Part shown: positions 1 through 12,038 of the stretch, piece after piece
Layout of the letters: the number at the start of each line of letters is the position of its first letter
Position numbering within the stretch: the first letter of the stretch is position 1
From: Macrostomum hystrix
Lineage: Eukaryota; Animalia; Platyhelminthes
Assembly (NCBI GenBank): GCA_950097015.1
Contig: CATNEN010000038.1
Location: 35,281,954-35,345,953 of the forward strand
DNA: 64,000 nucleotides
Direction of reading: 5' to 3'
Notes under the pieces: generated by a model
Databases searched by the model: none
What the model was told of the DNA's origin: nothing
What the model saw: the letters and a program-made list of their open reading frames with translations, nothing else
Translations under genes and position numbers: made by a program

Positions 1-300
1 ACATTCATTAGGGGCGCGGCGGCTGAGAGAAGGCTTGAGGACTTGTCGCGCATTTTACGGCCTTGAGGGCCAACCTCCAAGGCACAGTGAGAGTGTACGC
101 TGCCTGACGATGAGAAAGTCAGGGCAGATGTACACACCTGTGTGAGTGTATGCGTGCATACGGTATCTGTGAGCGTGTGTGCTCAGGACTCAGCGGAATG
201 GGCAGAACTGCCTCCTCGCTGGCAGCGGGTTTATTGTCACTAAGATGATGTGCCATTGCCCGCAGCACTATTGTTAGTTATATTGCATTGATTATATTGT
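1..300 (+). mobile_element. tRNA-derived SINE, copy cut by the window edge
   Basis: Body (gagggccaacctccaaggcacag...cctgacgatgagaaagtcagg...gcctcctcgctggc) matches the full copy at 11270-11645 and ends in an (ATT)-rich tail. Confidence 0.8.
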
Positions 301-925
301 ACATTCAATATTGGTTCACCATAGAAATTTTTACAGGGCATTGTTAGTTGTCCTTGACACCAGGTTCTTCGCTTCGACAAGAGTCGCTGACGTCTGACAG
401 CTTCGAAAGTTCATTCATCGAAAAGGGCAGAAATGTTCATGAGGTAAACCAGTTGCTGGACTTTCACGAAAATTGTTCCTTTGGATTCGGAGCTATCCAA
501 ATGGAGTAATGGAGTAGGCAGTGGGTATTTGGTATACCCTCGTAGTCTTCCCCATTGGGGAAAAACAGCGTGGTTTTTCAACTGTTGATCATGACACATC
601 TTAGTCATCGCATTCAGCAATTTTCCCTCAAAATCAATTAAACTAGGGTTATAAGTGAAGTTATGAGTTGGGTATTGTGGTAATAAAAGTATTGGGAGGC
701 CATGTCCACCTGTGAAGCCAAATCAATAAGTTAGTTTTTTGACATGTGAACCGTGAAACATGCACTTTAATTTCTTCGAGATTGAAGACATTTTTTAACA
801 GGAGTTAAGCCCATAGACAGCCTTGCTCTACAAAACTGCAAAGGGAGCTTGAGACGAATACAACTGAGGCATCAACTGAAGCGGAAGATTAACAAAAAAG
901 AGTAGAAGCGCAACTTGAAAGCGTG

Positions 926-1186
926 ATGGATCCATTCTGCATGTCCCACTGCACTCCGAACTGCAAGACAGTTCTCGATCCGTTCTGCATACGTCAGCCG
1001 CCAAGGCAGAGCGAGTGTTATTTCAACCCGTTCCTGCACGCCCAGTGCCTCGGCGTAAACATGAACTCGGAAGGCTTGCAGAGAGATATTCAAAAGTGCC
1101 AGGAGGAGTACAAAATGAAAGTGTGGGCCATATTGAGGAAGTACGCTGTTGACGAAGCTGGCGCGTCGCAAAGCATCGACAAATAA
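926..1186 (+). CDS. Small hypothetical protein (86 aa) with a repeated (D/N)PF(C/L) motif
   Basis: ATG at 926 to TAA at 1186. GC-richer than its flanks. MDPFC / LDPFC / FNPFL internal repeat. No family recognised. Confidence 0.4.
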   Translation: MDPFCMSHCTPNCKTVLDPFCIRQPPRQSECYFNPFLHAQCLGVNMNSEGLQRDIQKCQEEYKMKVWAILRKYAVDEAGASQSIDK

Positions 1187-1744
1187 CACGGCTGACTTCA
1201 CTTCAGTCGTCTTGTTGCACCTGAACTTTACTAAATCTCTCGACGCTGCTATTTCGTTAGCTCCACGACGTCTCTGATATTATCTCTCCAGCTCTGATCA
1301 ATCTTATGTTAGAACATTTTCCTTGCCTAACGAACCCTCCGTTCAATGTGCAAGCTAAAGTGCATTTTAATCCCAAACAAGCACTATAGGTTCCTTCCGT
1401 TTTACCATGACTGTACGCTCAGTTGCATTCAATTTTTAAGTGCTCAGGCAGACTTATTTCAACTCATTTGTTCAGCAATATTAACACCACAGCATTCAGC
1501 TGGGGACTTACTTGCCAAACCCTAGTAAGCCAACCAGCTTCGCCACTTTTGCGATAATATATCAGAGACCGATAGAAAGATTTCGCCTTTAAAAAGCTGC
1601 GAGAAAATTGTTCAGTCAAAGTCATTGAATTTTTTCATTTAATTATTTTGAATCAATTTACTTTTTATTGCCATCATCAAGTCACATTGAAAGAAGTATA
1701 GATTTTCTTAAGCCCGATTTGTTCTTAAACCTGAGTTTTCCATC

Positions 1745-2123
1745 AAACACATGAGTATTCCAATCACACACCTGAGTATTCCAATCACACACCTGAGTAT
1801 TCCAATCAAACACCTGAGTATTCCAATCACACACCTGAGTATTCCATCCAAACACCTGAGTATTCCATCCAAACACCTGAGTACTCCATCCAAACACCTG
1901 AGTATTCCATCCAAACACCTGAGTATTCCATCCAAACACCTGAGTATTCCATCCAAACACCTGAGTATTCCATCCAAACACCTGAGTATTCCATCCAAAC
2001 ACCTGAGTATTCCATCCAAACACCTGAGTATTCCATCCAAACACCTGAGTATTCCATCCAAACACCTGAGTATTCCATCCAAACACCTGAGTATTCCATC
2101 CAAACACCCGAATATTCCATCCA
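1745..2123. repeat. 21-bp minisatellite (acacctgagtattccatccaa), about 18 copies
   Basis: Direct tandem repeats. The first four units carry caatc and the rest catcc. This explains the repetitive ORFs at 1682-2164. Confidence 0.97.
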
Positions 2124-2702
2124 CAGAATTTACTTTATATATTTTGTGGTTCCATCGAAGTTAACCAAAGCTGCATTTAATTTAGGAATATCAGTAGATT
2201 GGCTGCCAAGGCCGGCAGTCAGAGGCTCTTTGAGGTAAAATGTGTTTAATTTATAATTTAGGGACCATGCAGTGGCTCGAGCTATGTGCTACAAGTGCTC
2301 TTACTGCCATTGTACCTTCCATACCCTAAAATATCTTCATAATAAAATAGCTACACGTACTTATAAGATTGGAATTAAATTGTAACAGTTGAAATTTTCA
2401 GCTGCGGCTCATTTCATTGATACGTTTTGTAGCGAAACATAGAGATTATGGTTTAAAACTGAGCCTTTTATTAACTAAAATTTGCATCAATAAAATTATT
2501 AGCAAAATGAACGAAGATTGGCGAAAATTGACACATAGAGATGCTTTAAGCCAGAAAGATGCAATCTTTGTAACCCCAAAAAGGACATCAACTTAAAACG
2601 AAAAATAAATTTCTTTTCAATTGTCAAGAAGTTGTGACTTCTAGACTATATAGTTTGACCGAGTCTTGTAGTTAGGTGGCAGCCATTTTTATTTAATTGA
2701 AT

Positions 2703-4703
2703 TCAAATAATTTTATCTTTCAATCGAATGCCGCGACCAGCGCTAGACTCTTGATCACTAGCTGCATCGGCTTTTGATTGAGTGCCCTGCTGACTTGGAG
2801 TCCTACCCATTGGTCGCTGAAAGTTCAGGCTGCCCCAATCATAGGCCAGGTTCGGCTTCACCGCATCGCCGGGTGTCGCCGAATTCTGAGGTCCGCCCTC
2901 CACCAGTGTCTTCTGCCCCGTCGAGAGCTCAACACCAGCGCCCCAGCGTCGAGCGGCGGTATCAGCAACAACTCGCGCCCGATCCAGAGCGTCTCGCAGC
3001 ATAACGCTGCAGATCGCTGGCTCCTGGAGCCGTCCCGTCATTGAGCTGCCTGCCACTACTCTGGCTGCGGCAGAAACGCCACATTGCAACAGTCGATCAT
3101 CGTTTAGGACGACATCCTGACGTTCGCTGTCCCTGCTCGGCTCCTCAGTTGTTGAATCGGCATCGGTTGTAAAGTCAAACTCCAACTGCATGTCGCAGTC
3201 GATGATGCACACAGCATCTGCCGGCTTGAGTGTCTTCACCTCGAAATGAAACAACCTGTGGATGGGATGTGTTACGCTATGAGTACGCTGGACTAAATTA
3301 AAAAACTTTGATTGCATGAAATGACACGTGGTCCGAACTCAGTTGACATAGGCACTGACACAGAATGTAGCACTGAACGACTCGGCAGCTCGACAAAAGG
3401 CTTCGTACAGCTGTTCAGTCCACGGACTGGGAGACCCCGAGACAAACCCGAATTCTTCCTTATCTAATGTTGGTACATGTATTAATAATGAAAATATTTT
3501 TTGCTTGACGGCTGTGGTCACTGGCACATCATTTGGTGGCACTAGACCTGCAGCCAGCGAGGAAACAATACTGCCCGTTTCCTTGACTTTCTCATCGTCA
3601 GGCAATGCATTACACTCATCTGTGCCTTGGAGGTTGGCCCTCAAGGACGTAAATTGCACGACAAGCCCCCCGAGCCTTCTCTCCACGCTGCGCCTCGAAT
3701 GAATGTGGCCTCGCCGCGGAATCGAGCTCAGTGACCTTTAATTGTTAATTGCTCTGCCACTCACCCCCCGCTGGTGCCAATTTCTCAACTTAGTTCTTAA
3801 ATAATATTGCTTAAGGATTTGAAGTCACGCCCCTGTGAAAAGTTTTCATAATTGTACACAGTACTCTAGAAACTGTTAAGCCTGTGAGAGATACAATTCA
3901 GACTACTGACAACAGTAGAAAGGCAAAGACTTGGCTGCAAAACTCTCACATAACACTAAAAAATATCGCCATAAAAATGGCAAGCTTAAAAGAGACTTCT
4001 GTGCACACTAAGAGTGGTGGGAGAGGACTGCGTGTGGCTATGGCTGACTGACGAAGGCAAACAAGCCAGAAACCGGTCTCGGTCTGCCAGCGCGAGGTTC
4101 GTTCCCCACTTTTAGTGTGTTACAAAGCCAAACATTGTTAAGCGTTTACCTGTCCAGGTAGGAGATGCTGAACACGGACCCAACAGAGAGGCATGCAAAG
4201 TGGCGCAGTTTCTTATTGAGAATGGCAGTTGGATTAGCCCACGCAAAAACTTCAGTTGGTTCAAGCGGCCGAAGTCGAATGTAGTTTCCTGTAGGCATTG
4301 TGACAATGGACAGAGTGGCCTTGCAGTCGATACTGATGGTAGCATTCGTGTCTGGAGTTGTGCTGCTCGATGACCCTTTTCCAGTACTCGAAAGCTGCCT
4401 TGCCGCCCAGCTGGGAACAATGGCGGGATTGCTGTTGAATGTGGGGCCGTCATCTTCAGTGAAGCTGCGAAACACTGGATAGCCGAGGTGCACGAAGGCG
4501 GACGTGGTGGATAGACGGAAGAGGAATGGCGGCTGGCTAGACGTTAGTCGATGCAGCAGTCGGTCGGGCAAAATAAGACGACCTGTGTTTTCAATTTGGC
4601 ACTCTGAATCTGGAGCACTGCTCAAAATTTCTTCTGCTTTGTCATCCGTGTAGATTTTAAATGTTCCTAGCAGCATCGTTGCTGATTGAAAATCAAAAGA
4701 CAT
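2703..4703 (-). CDS. UFD1: Divergent UFD1 (ubiquitin fusion degradation 1) homologue, 2 exons, about 368 aa
   Basis: Exon 1 4703-4150 (donor ag|gtaaac) and exon 2 3255-2703 (acceptor atccacag|g) join in frame (YLDR-LFHFEV). UFD1 motifs: GRLILP, PFLFRL, IVPSW, NPTAILNKKLRHFACLSVG, KPADAVCIIDCDMQLEFD, and C-terminal YDWGSLNF and GRGIRLK. Confidence 0.85.
3505..3770 (-). mobile_element. SINE copy with an internal deletion, in the UFD1 intron
   Basis: Reverse-strand match to the SINE body and partial tRNA head (tgtggcctcgccgcggaatcgagctc). Confidence 0.8.
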
Positions 4704-5592
4704 AGCTCTCTTAAAAGTAGACTGAAAATTAAGCGTCCTCAATAATAGGCTATTTGATCTAAATTAGACCAAAGACGACTTGAAACGTCTATGGCCAACG
4801 TCGAGCTTGTTATAATCAACTCACCGACAAACCACCAGTTAATAATGACCGCAGGAAAGCACAGAATTAACAGAAAGTTTTGTGGACTTCATAGAAAGCA
4901 TACTTAAAGCTAGATAAAAAATCCACTGCCCTGAGGCCCATAGTTAGAATGCTGGACAATAGTTTGAGTTTTAGTTTCCGATAGTAATATTTGATAGTAA
5001 CTCGCAAAAACACAATAGATATTCTCCTTTCTGGAGCAAAGTGATATCAGTCACAGTTTTTATTTTTCTTTTTAAATTTCAATATTTGATTTTTTGTTTT
5101 AATGCCTTTGTTTACAAATTTAAAATATTTTATTAACCTAAAATTAATCTCATGCATGCTACTGTTTTTCTATCGCCGTTTTTTATCAAATCGTTCAGCC
5201 TTGTTACCAACATCAAACAAACAAAAAAAGCAGCACCCAATCAATAATAATAATAATAAAACTAATTAGCTATTTGAGCAACGCTTCTTATGGTAAGATC
5301 TGCTTCGGGTAATGCACACTCGCAGAACAAGATAACTTTTAAAACTGTCTATAGGTAGCTGCTCTATGTGATTTTAATATTATAGGCACAATTTGCAGAC
5401 CAGATTCTAACTACGGTGCAGTAAAGCTGTCCTTTCCTTAGACCTCGCTTCTCATTGGCTCAGCAATACTGCATGTCCATCCTGTCTCATAAAGAGCTTA
5501 TGGAAATTTGCTCAACACGCAGGACTCCCACAGTAACCATTTACTGGCAAGCATTTCTTGATTAGCGACACCATTGTTATTCAACCTGCAGC

Positions 5593-6910
5593 ATGCCTTC
5601 TGCTTACCTTGCGGCCATTGCTTTAGCCCTGCTCCTGGCCTCTCCAGCCGCAATGGCTGCCAGGCTGCTGAACTACAAGTACCTCGGCTGCTATGTGGAA
5701 AGCGACCCAGCTAATCGGGACCTGGTCGGTCTCCGAGGACTCGCCCAGCTTGGCCCCTACTCAGTTTCCGTGCCTGCTGAAGGTCTGACGTCCTTAGCTG
5801 GCATGACAGTCGACATGTGCAGCCAGCTGTGCGCTCTGGGTGGCTTCGGCTACTTCGGCGTCCAGTTTGCGTCCTACTGCTCGTGCGACTTCACCTACGG
5901 CTCATTTGGCAGAGCTGCTGAGGCCGACTGCTCACTAGCCTGCAGCGGAAACTCCGCTCAGAAATGTGGAAACGCTTTTAGAAACTCCATGTACCAGGTC
6001 ACTTACTCGAGTAAGATTATTTTCTAAGAATTCCCACAGATTATTAGAACTTTTGATGAAGCATATGGAACAAAAAATGTAGAAAGACTGGGGAAAGTCC
6101 ACGGGGGTATTTCAAATACCCACAGCCTATAAAAAAATAGCTCCCAAACCGAATGACCGATTTTCGTGAAAGTCCACCATGTGGATTGAAACTTTCAAAA
6201 ACGTACGAGCCAGCATCATTCAGCGATTCTTGTCGAAGACCCAGGTAACAAGGACACAAAAAATTCTCTGCATAAACCTCTTTGGCGAATCCATATCGGT
6301 TCAAAAAAATTTAAATTAACGGTATAATTAATGCAAAATAGTCAACAATTGTAGCCGGCTTAATTACGAGATAAAAATTTGTCAGCAGAAAATGTGTGCT
6401 AATTTTTGTGATTTTTGCCACCAGAGACCCCGACGAGAATCGTTGAATATCTGGACGATGCCAATGTTCTGTGATTCTGGAAATTGTTTCATCGGATAGA
6501 GCGGGAAATTTTAGCCCGTGGGCTCTGGATTTTCATGGTTCGTTTGTATTGGTTGAATATTTTAGGAGATACAGAAATAGAGAAATGTGGGTATTTGAAA
6601 TCCCCCTGGATCTTTCTACTGTTACTGAACACTTCAGCAAATCGTTTTTTCAGAGCACGACAGCTTTGACGCACTATCAAACGCAAGTGATTCAACGGTG
6701 CTTGTTGCAGCGGGGTATAATGTCACCACTGACAGACTGGGCAACTCCAAGACTTTACTGCGTTGCCTCCTTGAGTGCCAAGACAACCCGGTGGCGCTTT
6801 GCCAGGCGATCTTCTTCATCGACGAGAACAATAGCTGCTTTCTGCTTCCGTTTGCCGCCCGTCCAACCTCCTTGATCGGCGTCAACGGAAAGTTCTGGAC
6901 CAGGACCTAG
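5593..6910 (+). CDS. Secreted WSC-domain protein with a C-terminal PAN/Apple-like module, 2 exons, about 224 aa
   Basis: Signal peptide MPSAYLAAIALALLLASPAAMA. WSC motifs YLGCY, MTVDMCSQLC, YFGVQFASYCSC, CSLACSGNSAQKCG. Exon 1 5593-6010 (a|gtaaga) and exon 2 6654-6910 (ttttcag|ag) join in frame to give ...RCLLECQD...LCQAIFF...SCFLL. Confidence 0.85.
6079..6619. mobile_element. MITE-like element in the WSC intron
   Basis: Imperfect terminal inverted repeats: gtagaaaga...gggggtatttcaaatacccaca and tgtgggtatttgaaatccccctggatctttctac. A homologous copy lies at about 12325-12665. Confidence 0.65.
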
Positions 6911-8454
6911 GATCAAACTTGGTGTTGTTTTGTCAGGATATACTCTGAATAAGAAAAAATGTTAATACAGAGAAACTATAACTCATTCATTAAAAAAAAC
7001 ACGAAGATATGCTGCATGAGCAGGAAGTTAAGAGTTAACAGCCAGTTGTCTCTGTGAAGGCTCTTATTTTGAAGCGCAGTTTTTGTTATGTATTGTATTT
7101 TAACGACCAAATGATACTCAAGATGTTAGAACGAACCATTATATTCCTAATTATACATTGAAACGTACTAGTATCAAGGAATTGTTTACAGTTCTGAGCT
7201 AATTATACAGATCCTGTAATTTAAGATGAAAAACACTTTTTGGCGATCAGTCGGAACATTAGAAATCTTTGAGCTTGCATCTTCGGGTAGTTCACACTCT
7301 TTTGGGATGCAGCCAATGAGCGAAGATTCTCAGTTTGTTTCGATCCATGTTCGGTGACAGTTGTACAACCCTTTGTACATCCAAACGGCCCAGGGTATAC
7401 ATTAGTGTGTCATCTTCACAAAAACACTTTCTGCGCCTCGTTGCTGACTTTACATTCTGTTGCTATCGAAGTCTACACGATGCTAGGCTCAATCATTAAA
7501 AACAAGTTTATGATTATTATTCTCCACACATACGCCTATTTATCTTAAAAAATTAAGCTGAATGCCTCAAAAACAAAGTTTACAACTTGAACGTGTGTAT
7601 GACAGACAGCTTTGCTGGAAAACGTCCCACTGCCAAGATTCGTAGATCAGTCTAATGACCCCATAAAGGATCATAGGGTATGTGCTCTTGGGACATTGTC
7701 TCGATGGCTAGGTGTTCTCTCAAGCCTATTTGCTATTTCCGTGCTTGTATGTGTTATGAAATTTAGGCTTTTGTCGAAAGCATTTAAAATTCTGCGGGAA
7801 TGGAAGCATCTTCCTTCTTTCCCTTATCTCTAATAGGAACATGTCTGGCTTTAAGCAGAGAATTAATGCTTAGAATAATACTACAGGTGATTAATAGTAA
7901 GATTAGTCGAAAAGTAAGTAAAACAACTATATAATGAGCCAAGTTTAATTGACTTTTTTTCAGTCCTTTAACTTCGTCATTTCCTTTATTATGTTGCCAA
8001 GCTGCCAAACATAACTGCTCGCTAAATATTTCAGTATGCAGTTGGTTTCTCTATGCCATTGTTTCTAAGTACAGGTGAGCAGCCCACTGGATGTGGAAGC
8101 CAACAGTGCAGCAGAATCTCTTCCAAACCTGAGCTCTTCCAAACCTGCATATTTCATGCGCTGTTTCTCAAGCAGCTCGGATGAAGTTATTCTTCAGAAG
8201 TCCAGCAGAAGCTCCAAACAACGCCGCAGAAAGAATTTAATCACGCAACAAAGGTGGTGAGTGGTTTAAGACAAGAAAATATTTCTGCATTGCTCTTCAA
8301 TTGAACGCCAAAATGGACGATCCGGTTCTTACTTAGCTCGCCCCTATACTGCTATAAGCCTCCGTCTCATTAGCTGGCATGAATATTTTTCCTGGGCCTC
8401 GCAACTTGCACGACACAACGCAGTATTAGTACTTTGCAGCCAAGTCGAGAAATA

Positions 8455-8712
8455 ATAATTATTATTATTGTTATAACTATAATTGCAGGAGGGCTGCAAG
8501 CAATGGCTTATCGTTTGGTACCAATAGACCCGCAGCCAGTAAGGAGGCAAATTCTGCTCATTTCCGCTGACTCCTGAGCACACACACACAGATAATGCAT
8601 GCAGGGCGTAAATTGCACGACAAGCCCCCAGCCAGCTCTGCGCCCAAATTTAATGTGGCCTCGCTACGGAATCGAACTTAGGAACCTTGGTGCGAGAGTC
8701 AAACGCGTTAGA
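8455..8712 (-). mobile_element. SINE copy with an internal deletion
   Basis: Tail (aataataatt), 3' stem region and tRNA-like head match the family. Confidence 0.75.
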
Positions 8713-11269
8713 AATACAATTGGAACATTGTATTGCATTACTTAGATATTGAGAAATTGATATAATGTAGATTTTGGTTTATTCCTTGCAAGACATGATT
8801 TAACGGAAGGTGTAGCTAACCATGACATTATGCTTGTAACTGCCAGACCAAGAATTCACTACGATAGCATGTAATGACGTAAAAAACGAGGTCCACTTCT
8901 TACTCAAGTGTAGTTTGCCGAGTTGCTTGGCTCCCAATCTGTGGCTTCACAGAAATCTATGAAAAAAAAGAAATAAAATGGCTTGAATTAATTTTTAGCA
9001 AAAAAATCAAAAGCAACTACTAAAAGTAGTTGAATAAATACTTTTTCATAGAGGAAAGAAAAGTTTTGTGCTAAACTAACTTAGTGTTTTGCACTTTTTT
9101 TCTCGCTTTTGGATTTTAGCATCCTCTCTCCCCGTTTTAGTCTATTGGCTGTTGAATGCCATAGACAAAAATCGCCTAACCCCGACGTGTTCAATGTGAA
9201 ATCATGTGGTATGTTCCAGGCACTGGAAAACAAGGATGTAGGAATGGTAGATTTACGCACTAGGAAGCCTAGCATAAGTGCATTGATTTATGACCAAGTG
9301 TGTGTGCGCAAGACCAGCTCCTTCGGCCCATAGACAATACCCGTCTGGGATTTACTGCATAGTAGCTGCAGGTCTACTACTACCGCATAGTCATGTCATT
9401 TACCGCACAGTTGCGGAATTTACTGCACACTTCAATCTATTTCTTTGATGGCCTTTAGGCCATAAACTAACTATACACGAGCTTGAGACGTTTACGCACA
9501 CTTGGTTATATGTCAATGTTATAATTTGTGCTAAAATCTATCGTAAAAAGTCCATGCGTTCCTTCTCACAACCATTTACTTTGTACTTTATACCATGCAC
9601 TTTCCACTAACATGACTACCGAGAATTTTCACGTTTTTTCACCATACGGTGGAAATTCTAATTGCCTACCTTTAACAAGCGAACATCCGGGACTTCATTG
9701 ACAAGCCACTGGTGCTGCTCTTTCAGTTCGCACTTCACAATGTCTCCACTTATGTAACCATTACTGGTGTGCAAACCTACCTGGTTTGACACTCAGGTAG
9801 GCAGCCGGACAGTTGTCCGAGGCGCAGAAGACGCTTCGCTGAAGCAGCTAGATTTCTACTGGCATTTTGTCTCTCCTGGTCACCTCGAGTTCGCAGCTGG
9901 GTCGCCTTCAGCGCATCTACATTCAACGCTGAGACATTCGCCTCGGTTGGAGCAGTTACCTAGGCACAGACCTTCGGTTAGGGCCTTAATCTTGCTGGAG
10001 TTTCTGAGCAACACAGTGGCATTGTACGAGCTCGTAGTTTATTTCAGTGTAGCACATTCCAAGCATTGAGCTGAAGAGGGACTGGGTGAAGTCAAACGTG
10101 CCGAGTGTGGAAGCATATAGAGCTCAAATCAACTTGAATTTGAACTTCCGCTTGACCATTTGGGTCTTTTGTTTCGGCGCAGATCTCAGTGCTGACAGAC
10201 CGCCCTCTGTGAGTTCCACGCATTCGAGGAATATGGTAAATCAATTAGTCGCATGTAACTAACAACCTGCATGTACACCTGAACCTGAAGGCTGCATACG
10301 GCTGTTCAGTCCATGGACAGGGGGGCGCTACACTTGCCTTAAACTATTTCCCAGTTAATGCTTTGACCATTTAACAGCTAAGAGACCTGAAGAAATGCAG
10401 ACTTAGCTGTCTTGCTAAAGCACAAATTTTTTCCCTTTCATGAATCAGGAATCAGGAATCGAACCCCCGACATTCAAGTAGTGGGTCCGATGCTCGAACG
10501 ACTATGGTATACAATCCCAAGAAAACTTACACCCTATATTTGTTGATTCGATTGCAATTAGACGAATTAGTTCAGCACAGTTAAAAGGTGACTTTTTACT
10601 AGCAGACAGAAATTCTTGCCCCTATATATGCACCCTTAAACACGTAGTCATAATAAATTCCACTGATTAATAAACACTAGATCAGATGCAAAAGTTGATA
10701 TAGCTTAGATGTTTAGATGTTTGAGAGGACTATTGGTGCGATGTCGCCATAGCAAAGTATTTATGCACCGGTGCAGCGCAGATTGAAGCCACACAGACTA
10801 AAAGCCACTGCACTGCTGCTGCTACTGCTGCGGAATTCAAAGAACGACACTTTTAAAATCTATAACAGTCCCGTCCGTATGAATATTCTGGCCTTTCACT
10901 AAGAGCGAAAATCTGCGGCAATATGAGGTGATATTCTTAGTAGTTTGCTTCTGGAAAGCTACGAGCATAATTTAGTCTCAATGCGAGTTTCTTAATAAAC
11001 ATGCTTCATTAAGCATGTTACTCACCAACTTATATTGACTCAAACATAGGCAGTATTTACTTGACAGCTTATTTCATAAATATTTCACTACAAACCCTAA
11101 AATTTCCCTATCAAAAAAGTTTACTTTTAATTATCACTTTCCAGAAGGTTCCTTTTCCTGAACTTTCTCTTCCCTGAAGTTTCATTTCCATGAAGTTTGC
11201 ATTGGTAATTGTACGCAACAAATAGCAGAGAATAACAATTTTTTTATTTGTATTGTTTATTTGAGTGGC

Positions 11270-11645
11270 TTAAATAACAATAAATAATAATTGCAGGAGA
11301 GCATCGGGCAATGGCACATCATTCGGTGACACTAGACCCGCAGCCAGCGAGGAGGCAATTTTGCACACTTTGCTGACTCTTGAGCACACACGCACACAAA
11401 TACAGTATGCAGGCACACACTCAAATAGTTGTACATCTCCCCTGACTTTCTCATCGTCAGGCAGTGCATTACACTTATCTGTGCCTTGGAGGTTGGCCCT
11501 CAAGGACGTAAATTGCATGACAAGCCCCCAAGCCTTCTCTCCCATGGCTGCGCCCCAAATAGATGTGGCCTCGCCGTGGAATCGAACTTTGGGGACCTTG
11601 ATGCGAGAGGCAAACGCGTTAACCGCTCTGCCACCGACCCCCGAG
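11270..11645 (-). mobile_element. Full-length tRNA-derived SINE (about 370 bp)
   Basis: Minus strand has an A box (TGGCAGAGCGG), a B box (GTTCGATTCC), a body hairpin cctgac-gatgagaaa-gtcagg, a 3' stem-loop and an (ATT)n tail. Confidence 0.85.
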
Positions 11646-12038
11646 TAGCTTTAAAAATTGTAAAAATAATTTTCTGAACTATAAAAACAAGGTTAATCAA
11701 TATAGAAAAATTTAGGAATACTTTTTTGTCGCGTAAACACAAAGTTGGATGATAAATGACTGATGCTAGAATAGATTCATTGCTAGATTACTGCTCACAA
11801 CATGGATATGTAAAATAGTGGTTAAATCGTATTAAAGTTTAGTCACAATAAATGAAATTATGAAGATTTGTCAACAGTTTGTGAGACGACCTACTTGGAA
11901 GTTGTTTTTGGAAGTCAGGTACAGCACTGCTATTGTTGATTGGCTTGATCGTTATCCATTCTGACGCACTGCATTGTAATGCACTGCCTGGGGAATTCTC
12001 CAATGGATTTGAGCAAAACGAATCGTTTTCTATGCAAT

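Noticed and set aside
209-266. SINE motif gcctcctcgctggc, matching the P3/L3 segment of the HDV genomic ribozyme
   Set aside because: No upstream P1 partner, P1.1 GG or P2 pairing could be built. The following (t/a)gcggg pairs instead with the downstream cccgcagc as a simple 3' stem-loop. An RNArobo or Infernal search would settle it.
1682-2164. Four overlapping repetitive ORFs
   Set aside because: By-products of a 21-bp unit that is stop-free in several frames. No unique coding flanks.
8074-8260. Possible isolated exon (tacag|...|gtgagt)
   Set aside because: No recognisable domain and no partner exons.
10441-10512. tRNA-like sequence on the minus strand with B box ggttcgattcc
   Set aside because: No convincing acceptor or anticodon stems. 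Probably a decayed SINE head rather than a tRNA gene.
11570-11645. tRNA gene
   Set aside because: It is the head of a multi-copy SINE, contiguous with the SINE body.
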